64,000 bases of DNA, from the NCBI GenBank assembly GCA_949285875.1, contig CASDZZ010000001.1, positions 7,110 to 71,109 of the forward strand. Direction: 5' to 3'. The notes beneath the pieces were generated by a model. It did not search any database. It had not been told where the DNA came from and saw only the letters and a list, made by a program, of their open reading frames with translations. Position 1 is the first letter of the stretch, and every line of letters begins with the position of its first letter. The translations under genes were made by a program, and so were the position numbers. Of this stretch, positions 1-8,768 are shown piece after piece. The stretch is from an uncultured bacterium (lineage in GTDB: Bacteria; Bacillota_I; Bacilli_A; RF39; UBA660).

Positions 1-17
1 TATTTGTAGATTTTCTT

Positions 18-410
18 TTATTTGTTTAACTTTTGTAAAATATCTTCAGGATTACTTATTAATTTATTATTTTTTATAATTTCAATTGTTTTTTTATTAT
101 TATAGTAAGGCTTTATATGTAGATGATAATGTTTAACTTCTTGTATATCTCCGTTATTTTGTACTAAGGAAAAACCATTACAGTTTAGTTTTTCTTCTAA
201 TTTTTTCATTATTTTTTTTGCTATAGTTTGAATGTGAAGAAGTACATTTTCAGGAATATCATAAATATCTTTATAATGGCTTTTTGGCACAATTAAAGTG
301 TGACCATCACAATCTGGGTTAATATCCAAAAAAGCTAAACAAACTTCATCTTCATAAACTTTTAGACAAGGAATTTTATTATTAATTATTTTACAAAAAA
401 TACAATCCAT
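18..410 (-). CDS. HIT-family (histidine triad) protein
   Basis: 130 aa. N-terminal CxxC (DCIFCKI). Histidine triad HYHLHIKP near the C-terminus. Confidence 0.85.
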   Translation of the reverse strand: MDCIFCKIINNKIPCLKVYEDEVCLAFLDINPDCDGHTLIVPKSHYKDIYDIPENVLLHIQTIAKKIMKKLEEKLNCNGFSLVQNNGDIQEVKHYHLHIKPYYNNKKTIEIIKNNKLISNPEDILQKLNK

Positions 411-530
411 ATATATTCACCTCTCTAATTTATTTTATCATATTATTTGTCATTTTAAAATTAAATGTTATAATATTCGTAGCTAAAGAATATATTACTT
501 TAGTAACTTCAAGGAAAGAAGGTTTTTTAT

Positions 531-1241
531 ATGAAAGATTGTGATAAACCGATTATTGGAATCGTACCTAGAACGATGAAAAGTCTTATTAATTCTAATA
601 TTCAGTTAGTTGAAGAAAACTATCGTAACTTTATCTTGAAAAGTGGAGGAATTCCTTTTTTAATTTTACCTCCTCAAATAGTTGATTATGAAGATACCAA
701 ACCTAAAGATGTAACAAAATTAACTGATTTGGATAAACAAAACTTAAATACAATTTTGGATATGTGTGATGGAATTTTGGCGCCTGGAGGACTTAAAGCT
801 TATGAATTTGATTATTATATAAGTAGTTATGCTAAAGAAAAAAATATCCCTTATTTAGGAATTTGCCTTGGTATGCAAGTTATGGCAAGAGAATCAGGTA
901 ATGCTCTAATTGTAAAAAATGAGGAAAGTTGTAATCATCACGTTCCGGAAAAAAAGTATGCTCATGAAATAAAAATTAAAGAAAATTCATTTTTACATGA
1001 TATCTTATTAAAGAAAAATATAAAAGTTAATAGCTTCCATAAATATCATGTAGAAAATTTAGAAAAAATAGATGTTTCAGCTGTTTCTAATGATGGTATT
1101 GTTGAAGCTGTTGAAGAAAAAAATAATAACTTTAGATTAGGGGTGCAGTGGCATCCAGAAAAATTAATGGATGATGAAAATAGTAAGAAAATATTTGATA
1201 AGTTTATAGAAGCATCAAAAGAATTTAAAAAAAGAAAGTAA
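531..1241 (+). CDS. Class I glutamine amidotransferase / gamma-glutamyl hydrolase (peptidase C26 family)
   Basis: Nucleophile elbow GICLGMQ and GVQWHPE His/Glu motif. 236 aa. Confidence 0.8.
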   Translation: MKDCDKPIIGIVPRTMKSLINSNIQLVEENYRNFILKSGGIPFLILPPQIVDYEDTKPKDVTKLTDLDKQNLNTILDMCDGILAPGGLKAYEFDYYISSYAKEKNIPYLGICLGMQVMARESGNALIVKNEESCNHHVPEKKYAHEIKIKENSFLHDILLKKNIKVNSFHKYHVENLEKIDVSAVSNDGIVEAVEEKNNNFRLGVQWHPEKLMDDENSKKIFDKFIEASKEFKKRK

Positions 1242-1275
1242 TGTGTATTCATATTTGTTTAAAAAGAGGATAACT

Positions 1276-1911
1276 ATGAAAGATAAACCAGTTATAGGAG
1301 TAATAAGAAGAAAAGAAGATAATTTTTTAGAAAGATATAAGGTGGCCGTAGAATTTTTTGGTGGTATTTGTAAATATTTACCAAATTATAAAGAAGACAT
1401 TTTGGAAGAAATAAAAAAATGTGATGGCATTATTTTTACCGGGGGAAGTAGCTGGAATTTTACGGAAGAAATAATTTTAGAATACGCTTTAAATAACAAG
1501 TTACCGTTCTTAGGAATATGTTTAGGGATGCAAATGATTGGAAATTATTTTTCTTCCAATCATGAATATGGGGTAGATAAAACTAAAAAAATTAATAGTA
1601 GTATAAATCATAATTGTAAAAAAGAATATTGTCATTCTGTTTTATTAAAAGATGGTCTTCTTACTAAAATTTTTAATACCAATGAGATATTAGTTAATAG
1701 TTACCATAATTTTAAAGTTTCTGATACTATTGATTCAATCATAAAAGGTTATAGTAAAGATGGTGTTATTGAAGCTTTAGAGATAAGTAATCATCCTTTT
1801 GGGGTTGGTGTTCAGTGGCACCCAGAAAAAATAATAAATGACTGTCATAGCATATCTTTATTTAAAAATTTTATTCATGTCGCAAAAGTATATCAAAATA
1901 ATAGAAAATAG
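1276..1911 (+). CDS. Class I glutamine amidotransferase (peptidase C26 family), tandem paralog
   Basis: GICLGMQ and GVQWHPE motifs. Start moved to the ATG at 1276, behind AGAGGA. Confidence 0.75.
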   Translation: MKDKPVIGVIRRKEDNFLERYKVAVEFFGGICKYLPNYKEDILEEIKKCDGIIFTGGSSWNFTEEIILEYALNNKLPFLGICLGMQMIGNYFSSNHEYGVDKTKKINSSINHNCKKEYCHSVLLKDGLLTKIFNTNEILVNSYHNFKVSDTIDSIIKGYSKDGVIEALEISNHPFGVGVQWHPEKIINDCHSISLFKNFIHVAKVYQNNRK

Positions 1912-2023
1912 AGTTTACTCTATTTTTTTTATAGAACAGAGTCAAGTGTAAATACTTAATTTAATAAATAAAATAAAATGTTATAGAAAAAGTTTTTAAG
2001 ATTTCATAATTGGAGGTGAGAAA

Positions 2024-3202
2024 ATGACTTTTAAGGAAGATTTTCCTATGCTAAAAAAAGATTTAATATACTTTGATAATGCTGCAACTTCTTTGAAACC
2101 AAGATGCGTCGTTGAAAAAATGAATGATTATTATTTTAATTATGGTGCAAATGCTCATAGAGGTGATTATCAAATAAGTAAAATTGTAAATGAAAAAGTA
2201 GAAGAAACGAGAAAGAAAGTAGCACAATTTATCAATTCAAAAAATGAAAATGAAGTGATATTTACAAACGGAACAACAGAAAGTTTAAATTTAGTTATAA
2301 ATGGTTATTTTAAAAATTATTTAAATGCTACAGATGAAGTTTTAATAACTAAAGCCGAACATGCTTCAAATATTTTACCTTGGTTTGAACTTGCTAAAAA
2401 AATAGGGATTGTAGTAAAGTATATTGATCTTAATGAAGACTTTACGGTTTCCTTAGATAATGTAGCTAAAGCAATTTCTAAGAAAACAAAAGTTATATCA
2501 CTTGCTCATATTACTAATGTAATAGGTGATATAAGGCCCATAAAAGAAATAATTAAATTAGCTCATAAACTAGGTATTTTAGTAGTTATAGATGGTGCCC
2601 AAAGTGTACCTCATAAAAAAATTGATGTACAAGATTTTGATATTGATTTTCTTTGTTTTTCAGCTCATAAAATGTTAGGTCCAACCGGAGTAGGAGTTCT
2701 TTATGGAAAAGATAATTTGTTAAACAGATTAAAACCTATAAACGTAGGTGGGGGTATGAATTCATACTTTGATAGTTTAATGAATATTGAGTATAAAAAT
2801 TTACCATATAAGTTAGAAGCAGGAACTCCTAATATAGCAGGTATAATAGCATTTTCAAACGCTTTGGATTATTTAGAAAATCTAGGAATGGATAATATAT
2901 GTAAGTATGAAGTTGATTTAAAAAAATATTTAGTAGAAAAGTTATCAAAATTTAATAATATAGTAATGTATAACAAGGATATTGAAAATGGAATACTAAC
3001 CTTTAATGTTAAAAATTTTTCTTCTAGAGATGTAGCTTCTTATTTAGATAAAAACGGAATTTGCGTTAGGGTGGGAAGCCATTGCGCTAAAATTTTATCT
3101 GAAGTAATAGGCATAAATAGTACTTGCAGAATAAGTTTATATTTTTATAATACTAAAGAAGAAGTAGAAAAGTTAGTACAAGTAATTACTGCTATTAATT
3201 AA
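2024..3202 (+). CDS. Cysteine desulfurase, class V aminotransferase (SufS/Csd-like)
   Basis: HRGDYQIS, PLP-lysine region SAHKMLGPTGVGVLYG, catalytic Cys in RVGSHCA, C-terminal YFYNTKEEV. Confidence 0.85.
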   Translation: MTFKEDFPMLKKDLIYFDNAATSLKPRCVVEKMNDYYFNYGANAHRGDYQISKIVNEKVEETRKKVAQFINSKNENEVIFTNGTTESLNLVINGYFKNYLNATDEVLITKAEHASNILPWFELAKKIGIVVKYIDLNEDFTVSLDNVAKAISKKTKVISLAHITNVIGDIRPIKEIIKLAHKLGILVVIDGAQSVPHKKIDVQDFDIDFLCFSAHKMLGPTGVGVLYGKDNLLNRLKPINVGGGMNSYFDSLMNIEYKNLPYKLEAGTPNIAGIIAFSNALDYLENLGMDNICKYEVDLKKYLVEKLSKFNNIVMYNKDIENGILTFNVKNFSSRDVASYLDKNGICVRVGSHCAKILSEVIGINSTCRISLYFYNTKEEVEKLVQVITAIN

Positions 3203-3380
3203 AATTATTGTCGAAGGAAATTATGAAAACAATTTTTATTACAAATTAATTCTTAAAAAATAGAATTTTTGGCAAGAAAATGATGAATTTAGTTAATTTC
3301 TATTCTTAAATACGATACTTTGGAATTTAGCTACAATTCTTTTTTTATAGTATATTTTGTTTCGAAAGGAGAAATAAAAT

Positions 3381-3710
3381 ATGTTAAATCAATTAGTAAT
3401 TATAGGAAGGCTAGTTAAAGATCCAGAACTTAGAAAAACAGAAAATGGAAAAAATGTAACTAATATAACCTTAGCTGTACCAAGAAGTTATAAAAATTCT
3501 GATGGAGAATATGAAACTGATTTTATTGATTGCGTTTTATGGAGCGGGGTTGCTGAATCTACTACGGAATATTGCCGCAAAGGAGACTTATTAGGAGTAA
3601 AGGGAAGGATTCAATCTCGAAAGTATGAATTAGATGATGAAAAAGTTAAGCTTGTTACTGAGGTGGTAGCAGAAAAAGTTACGTTTTTAACAAGTAAGAA
3701 AGATAAATAA
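3381..3710 (+). CDS. ssb: Single-stranded DNA-binding protein, short form without acidic C-terminal tail (SsbB-like)
   Basis: OB-fold N-terminus MLNQLVIIGRLVKDPELRKTENGK. 109 aa, ends ...TSKKDK with no DDxPF tail. Confidence 0.8.
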   Translation: MLNQLVIIGRLVKDPELRKTENGKNVTNITLAVPRSYKNSDGEYETDFIDCVLWSGVAESTTEYCRKGDLLGVKGRIQSRKYELDDEKVKLVTEVVAEKVTFLTSKKDK

Positions 3711-3792
3711 CCAAAAGGTGCTTTAGCATCTTTTTATTTGTTTATAAAAAGATGTATAAAAATTATATAAAGACATATTTTTTAGTAGAGGT

Positions 3793-4484
3793 GTGAAAGT
3801 GAAAAAAATATGTTTTTTTATAATTTGTTTCATTTTATTGATTCCGTTTGTTAATGCAGAGGAAAATGATAAACCAACTGATGAAATTAAAAAAGAAGAA
3901 AAAATAGAAAGTGATAAAAAAGATAGTTTATTAAATGATGGAAAAAGTGCAATTTTAATAGAAAATTCAACAGGTAAAATAATTTATGAAAAAAATTCTC
4001 ATGAAAGATTTGCTCCAGCTTCCATGACAAAAATAATGAGTATGCTTATTTTTATGGAAGAAATAGAAAAGGGTAAGTTAAAATGGAATGATACTTTAGT
4101 AACTAGTGATTATGCATCATCTATGGGGGGATCTCAGATCTTTTTACAACCTAATGAAAAAATGAGTGTTACTGATTTGTTTAAAGCAGTAGCGGTAGGT
4201 TCTGCTAATGATGCAACTATTGTCCTAGCTGAAGCAACCTATGGAACTGAAGAAAAATTTGTAAAAAGAATGAATGAAAAAGTTAAAGAATTAAATCTTA
4301 AAAATACTAATTTTAAAAATGCAGTAGGTTTAGATGAAGCTAATCATTATTCTTCAGCATATGATATGGTAATGATGGCTCGTGAATTAATTAAACATGA
4401 AAAAATTTTCGAATTTACAACCATTTATGAAGATTATCTAAGGCAAAATACTGACAATAAATTTTGGTTAGTAAATACAAATAA
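3793..4484 (+). CDS. D-alanyl-D-alanine carboxypeptidase (PBP5/DacB/DacF family), 5' segment interrupted by a mobile element
   Basis: Signal peptide. SxxK active site (ASMTKIM). The frame runs ...FWLVNTNK, then 11 element-encoded codons and a stop at 4521. The missing KTG half is found in frame at 16294..16821. Confidence 0.85.
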
Positions 4485-4505
4485 AGTCGTATTTACATTT
4501 TGCTA
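4471..4505 (+). repeat. attL (core plus element-side arm GTATTTACATTTTGCTA)
   Basis: Core 4471..4484. The element arm at 4489..4505 is the reverse complement (16/17) of the arm at 16277..16293. Confidence 0.8.
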
Positions 4506-4615
4506 TAAAACATTAATCTAGTATGTTTATAAAAAAAAGTCAATTTAAGTATTATAATAAATTGCATAAATTTATTCATGGTTATCTATACTTTATTAGA
4601 AAGTGGGGAATAACT

Positions 4616-4720
4616 ATGATTGATAATGAAATACCTAGAAAAATTCAAATTGAAATTATGAAGTTTTTTCTAAATACAAGCATACCTAGAATTTTAAAAT
4701 TAAATATCAAATCTATTTAG
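4616..4720 (+). CDS. Small hypothetical protein upstream of the recombinase (34 aa)
   Basis: ATG behind GTGGGGA. The longer 4523 start would begin at the att arm and has no RBS. Function unknown. Confidence 0.3.
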   Translation: MIDNEIPRKIQIEIMKFFLNTSIPRILKLNIKSI

Positions 4721-4741
4721 TAAATAGAGGAGATAACATTT

Positions 4742-6214
4742 ATGGAAGAAAAAATAACAACAGGAATTTATATCAGGGTTTCAACAGAGGACCAAGCAAA
4801 GGATGGATTTTCAATTCATGCTCAAAGGGAAAAATTAACTAAGTATGCAGAGGCTAATGATTGGGGAATTTATGATTACTATGTAGATGATGGAATAAGT
4901 GGTAAAAATTTAGAAGATAGACCCGAAGTATGCAGATTAATTAACGATGTGAAAGAAGGAAAAGTAAACAATATTTTAATTTACAAATTAGATAGATTAA
5001 CACGTAGCGTAAGAGACTTAATATATTTAATTGAATTGTTTGAAAAAAATGGTTGTACTTTTAATTCTCAAACAGAAAAAATTGATACCTCTAATGCTGT
5101 TGGTAGAATGTTTGTAAAGATAATTGGAATTTTCGCAGAGTTTGAAAGAGAAAATTTAGCAGAAAGAGTATCGTTTGGATATGAACAAAAAACAAGAGAG
5201 GGAAATTATACTAACACTTGTGGTGTTTATGGATACGATTATATAGCAGGAAAACAGGAATTAATTGTAAACGAAAAAGAAAAAGAAATTGTTAATAGAA
5301 TTTTTGATTTATATATTGATGGTAATTCTTATTTTAAAATAGCTCGCTTATTTAATGAAGAAGGTATACCAACTAAAAGAGGTGGTCATTGGGCAAGGAG
5401 CACAATAAAGTCCATAATAAATAATCCACTATATATTGGTAAAGTAAGATATGGATTACAACCAAAAAATAAGGATAAGTCATTTACTGTCGATGGTAAA
5501 AATATCGAACATATAATAGATGATGAAAAATGGGAATTAGCTAATAATATAATTACTACAAGAAAAAAATTTTGTGTTAGAAGATACCCAAGTGAAAATT
5601 CATATTTTTTTCATACAATAAAATGTGGAAAATGTGGTGGAAATATATCAGTTAGACAGCAAAAGCAAAATGGTAATTTATATATTACATACAAGTGTTA
5701 TAATGCGATTAGGGGTATTTGTGATTGTACTGGCTTTTCACATAAACTTATGGAAAATGCTTTTATAGAATATTTAGATACTTTTAATGACATGACTCCT
5801 GATATAAATATCATTGAAAAAAGCAATAAAATTAATGATTCTGAAAAGAAAAAAATTGAAATTAACAAAAGAATAGATAAACTTGAAGAAAAAAAGAAAG
5901 TTATCAGAAATCAATTTATTAATGATTTAATCGATGTAGAAGAATATCATAGTATGTTTAATGAAATACAAAACCAGCAGAATATACAAAAAAACAAGTT
6001 ACTAGAACTTGATGAAATTATTAATGAGAGTAAAAGAACATATAATTATGATGAAATAAAGGATATAGTAACAAATATAAAATTAAATTGGGAATATTTA
6101 ACTAATAAAGAAAAACAACAATTTTTAGAACGTTTTGTTGAGATAATTATGGTACAAAAATTTAACAAAAAAGTTATTATTAATTTAGTACAATTTAAAA
6201 ATAAATGTTGTTGA
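4742..6214 (+). CDS. Large serine recombinase (resolvase/invertase N-domain, recombinase domain, zinc ribbon, coiled coil)
   Basis: GIYIRVSTEDQ catalytic Ser motif. CGKCGG...YKCYN zinc ribbon. K/E-rich coiled-coil C-terminus. 490 aa. Confidence 0.9.
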   Translation: MEEKITTGIYIRVSTEDQAKDGFSIHAQREKLTKYAEANDWGIYDYYVDDGISGKNLEDRPEVCRLINDVKEGKVNNILIYKLDRLTRSVRDLIYLIELFEKNGCTFNSQTEKIDTSNAVGRMFVKIIGIFAEFERENLAERVSFGYEQKTREGNYTNTCGVYGYDYIAGKQELIVNEKEKEIVNRIFDLYIDGNSYFKIARLFNEEGIPTKRGGHWARSTIKSIINNPLYIGKVRYGLQPKNKDKSFTVDGKNIEHIIDDEKWELANNIITTRKKFCVRRYPSENSYFFHTIKCGKCGGNISVRQQKQNGNLYITYKCYNAIRGICDCTGFSHKLMENAFIEYLDTFNDMTPDINIIEKSNKINDSEKKKIEINKRIDKLEEKKKVIRNQFINDLIDVEEYHSMFNEIQNQQNIQKNKLLELDEIINESKRTYNYDEIKDIVTNIKLNWEYLTNKEKQQFLERFVEIIMVQKFNKKVIINLVQFKNKCC

Positions 6215-6300
6215 TAAAATAAAATATTTTAATAAGAGAGTGTAATAAAAATGTATAAGTAGTGAAACTTATACATTTTTGTTACTTAATTTATATAATA

Positions 6301-6522
6301 CTAATTTTTTTTATAGTTTTTAAAAAATTCTCTAGTAACAAAATCATAATTTTGAGCAACATAAAATAAGTTGTCCAAGGAAACGCCTGTATCAACGTTT
6401 GGACTATCTATTTGAGATATGAAACTTCTACTCATTTCACAGTCTTCGGCTAATTTTTCTTGAGAACAACCTATTTGTATATGATAATGTTTAACATTTT
6501 TAGTTAATATTTTAAGTATCAT
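6301..6522 (-). CDS. XRE-family helix-turn-helix regulator
   Basis: HTH_3-like IGCSQEKLAEDCEMSRSFISQIDS. 73 aa. Divergent from the cargo operon. Confidence 0.7.
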   Translation of the reverse strand: MILKILTKNVKHYHIQIGCSQEKLAEDCEMSRSFISQIDSPNVDTGVSLDNLFYVAQNYDFVTREFFKNYKKN

Positions 6523-6777
6523 ACAATTACCATCTAATGTTATTATGATAACTTTTTATTTTATTATTTACTACCAAGTCTATCTTACATTTATAAAGGG
6601 GATTTTTATGAAATTGAGGGCGATTATTTTGAATTTAAATATAGATTGGATAAAAACAAAAGAAAATATAATGGATGAAGTAGAAAGGATAATAGCTATT
6701 TTTTTTATAAAATTAATACAAAAATAATAAAAAAATCGGTTTTTAATGAATATTTATAAACTTTTGTAATAAAAGTA

Positions 6778-6899
6778 TTGACATTATATGGCAAATACTG
6801 TATTTTAAAAACAATTAAATCAATCTGGGTGTTGTGTTTGCTCAAATGGTGGCAGTATTTTCATGGTGGCAAACACTTATATGTTTTTGCCACCTTTTT
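6778..6899 (+). ncRNA. Candidate short transcript/leader: promoter TTGACA-17-TATTTT followed by an intrinsic terminator
   Basis: TTGACA at 6778..6783. Stem GGTGGCAAA (6865..6873) / TTTGCCACC (6886..6894) plus a T-run. A second upstream GGTGGCA copy at 6848..6854 could form an alternative pairing. Confidence 0.3.
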
Positions 6900-6951
6900 A
6901 TTATTTTTATAATAAAGGTGATTAATTTAAAATATTTAAGGAGTTGATAGT

Positions 6952-7047
6952 ATGAGAAATAAGAGTCTGCTTTCTAATAATAAAATATATTTAGCTAGTA
7001 AAGTTAGTCTAACTTTCTTATGCCTATTCTGCTTCTTAATCAAATAA
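6952..7047 (+). CDS. Small ORF, 31 aa (MRNKSLLSNNKIYLASKVSLTFLCLFCFLIK): leader peptide or small hydrophobic peptide
   Basis: Strong RBS AAGGAG 8 nt upstream. The stop is 5 nt before the terminator stem. Below the ORF-track size cutoff. Confidence 0.4.
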   Translation: MRNKSLLSNNKIYLASKVSLTFLCLFCFLIK

Positions 7048-7051
7048 CTTT

Positions 7052-7100
7052 AAGACAGTGACTTTTAAGGCCGTATGACCTTTTGAGCTGCTGTCTTTTT
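7052..7100 (+). terminator. Intrinsic terminator/attenuator immediately upstream of the rel-like RBS
   Basis: AAGACAG (7052..7058) / CTGTCTT (7091..7097) plus TTT. There is no room for a promoter before the RBS AAGGAGGTG at 7109. Confidence 0.5.
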
Positions 7101-7122
7101 GCTATATAAAGGAGGTGTTTTT

Positions 7123-8568
7123 ATGGAAAAACAAAATTTAGATATTAATGATTTGATAAGTATTATTAAATCATATAACCCAGATGAAGTTGAAAAAGTA
7201 AAAAGAGCTTATAATATGGCAAATACTCTTCATCAAGGTCAGCAAAGGCAAAGCGGAGAGCCTTACATAATCCATCCGTTAAATGTAGCTTACATATTAG
7301 CGGAATTAAGAGCGGATTCAGATACGGTATGTGCGGGTCTTTTGCATGATACTTTAGAAGATACTAATATTTCTAAAGAAGAAATTGCAGAAAACTTCAA
7401 TAGTGATGTTGCAAACTTGGTTGATGGAGTAACAAAGATAAGTAAGATGAACTTTTCATCAAAACAAGATCAGAATTTGGCTAATACAAGAAAAATAATA
7501 ACAAGTATAACAAACGATGTAAGAATTATTTTAATAAAACTAGCTGATAGGCTTCATAACATGAGGACTTTACAATTTAAAAGTGAGTTTAAACAAAAAG
7601 AAAATGCTCTAGAAACACTTGAAATATTTGTTCCTATGGCATATTACATTGGAGCATATAGAATAAAACAAGAACTAGAAGATTTATCACTTAGGTATTT
7701 AAAACCTGATATGTATAAAACAATTGGTGAAAAGAAAAAAAGGATAGAAGAAGAAAGTGCATCATGCTTAAAAGAAATGTTACAAACGATACAAAGTATG
7801 CTTAATGATGAAGCAATTCCAAATGAAATAAAGGTTAGAACAAAAAATATATATGGAATATATAAAAAGTTAAACGAAGGAGGAAAAATATCTGACATAC
7901 ATGATTTGTTAGCGCTTAAAGTAATGGTTGATACTATTAATAATTGTTATCAAACGTTAAGACTTGTTCATAGTAAATATAACCCGGTAAATGGCAAGTT
8001 TAAAGACTTTATATGCAATCCAAAAACAAATATGTATAGATCACTTCATACTACCGTATTTGCACCAGACGATAGATTAGTACAAACGCAAATAAGAACG
8101 TTTGATATGGATAAAGTAGCATCGTTTGGACTATCAACATATTGGGATATTGAAAAGGGAAATGCAAGAGAAGTGATGCAACAAGAACTAAAAGATAAAT
8201 ATCAGTTTTTTACATCACTAGTTGAAATGGACAAGGTTTTTGGAGACAATAAAGAATTTGTCTATCAAGTAAAAAATGAATTATTTTCAAACAAAATATA
8301 TGTATACACAACTAAAGGAGAAATAGTTGAATTACCGGTAGGTGCAACACCAATAGATTTTGCTTATAAAATACACACTGACATAGGGAACACCATGGTA
8401 GCTGCTATTGTAAATGATGAATATGTAGATGTTGATAAACCACTTAAGAACAAAGATAGAGTAAGAATAATAACAGATGATTTATCATTTGGACCAAGAG
8501 AAGATTGGGAAAGTAAAGCCGTTACAACGTATGCGAAAAGAAGAATAAGAGAATTTAATAAAAAATGA
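7123..8568 (+). CDS. Truncated long RelA/SpoT homolog (HD hydrolase + synthetase-like + TGS; no C-terminal ZFD/ACT domains)
   Basis: HD motifs RQSGEPYIIHP, LLHDTLEDT, DRLHNMRTL. Synthetase-region motifs RTKNIYGIYKKL, DLLALKVMV, YRSLHTTV, but QTQIRT where Rel proteins have EVQIRT. TGS region TTKGEIVELPVGATPIDFAYKIHTDIG. About 481 aa versus about 730 aa for Rel. Confidence 0.8.
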   Translation: MEKQNLDINDLISIIKSYNPDEVEKVKRAYNMANTLHQGQQRQSGEPYIIHPLNVAYILAELRADSDTVCAGLLHDTLEDTNISKEEIAENFNSDVANLVDGVTKISKMNFSSKQDQNLANTRKIITSITNDVRIILIKLADRLHNMRTLQFKSEFKQKENALETLEIFVPMAYYIGAYRIKQELEDLSLRYLKPDMYKTIGEKKKRIEEESASCLKEMLQTIQSMLNDEAIPNEIKVRTKNIYGIYKKLNEGGKISDIHDLLALKVMVDTINNCYQTLRLVHSKYNPVNGKFKDFICNPKTNMYRSLHTTVFAPDDRLVQTQIRTFDMDKVASFGLSTYWDIEKGNAREVMQQELKDKYQFFTSLVEMDKVFGDNKEFVYQVKNELFSNKIYVYTTKGEIVELPVGATPIDFAYKIHTDIGNTMVAAIVNDEYVDVDKPLKNKDRVRIITDDLSFGPREDWESKAVTTYAKRRIREFNKK

Positions 8569-8653
8569 AATTGAGTTTATAGGGATCTCGTAAAAAAAAA
8601 CTAATATCAAATGATAAGGATATCTTTTGATATCAATTTAAGGAGGTGAGATT

Positions 8654-8710
8654 ATGAGAAAATTGATGAAAAAATTCAATAGAAAATATGACATGTTATG
8701 CACTGCATAA
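8654..8710 (+). CDS. Candidate precursor peptide, 18 aa (MRKLMKKFNRKYDMLCTA)
   Basis: Near-consensus RBS AAGGAGGTGA 4 nt upstream. Followed by a perfect hairpin and then the modification-enzyme genes. Below the ORF-track cutoff. Confidence 0.5.
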   Translation: MRKLMKKFNRKYDMLCTA

Positions 8711-8726
8711 ATATCATAAATTAATT

Positions 8727-8750
8727 AAGTCATAGAATTTTCTATGACTT
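8727..8750 (+). promoter_or_regulatory. Perfect stem-loop between the peptide gene and the enzyme genes
   Basis: AAGTCATAG-AATT-CTATGACTT with no long T-run. This resembles the partial terminators seen after RiPP precursor genes. Confidence 0.5.
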
Positions 8751-8768
8751 TGATAGGAGGTTTAATAA

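Noticed and set aside
3711-3792. Assigning a sporulation sigma-factor (sigma-E/F/G) promoter upstream of dac from GTATA...CATATTT.
   Set aside because: Spacing and sequence do not fit any consensus well enough to call by eye. The compartment of dac expression is left open.
6545-6727. 60-aa ORF between the XRE gene and the leader region.
   Set aside because: It has no RBS and a hydrophobic, low-complexity translation, and it overlaps the likely XRE promoter region. It is probably non-coding.
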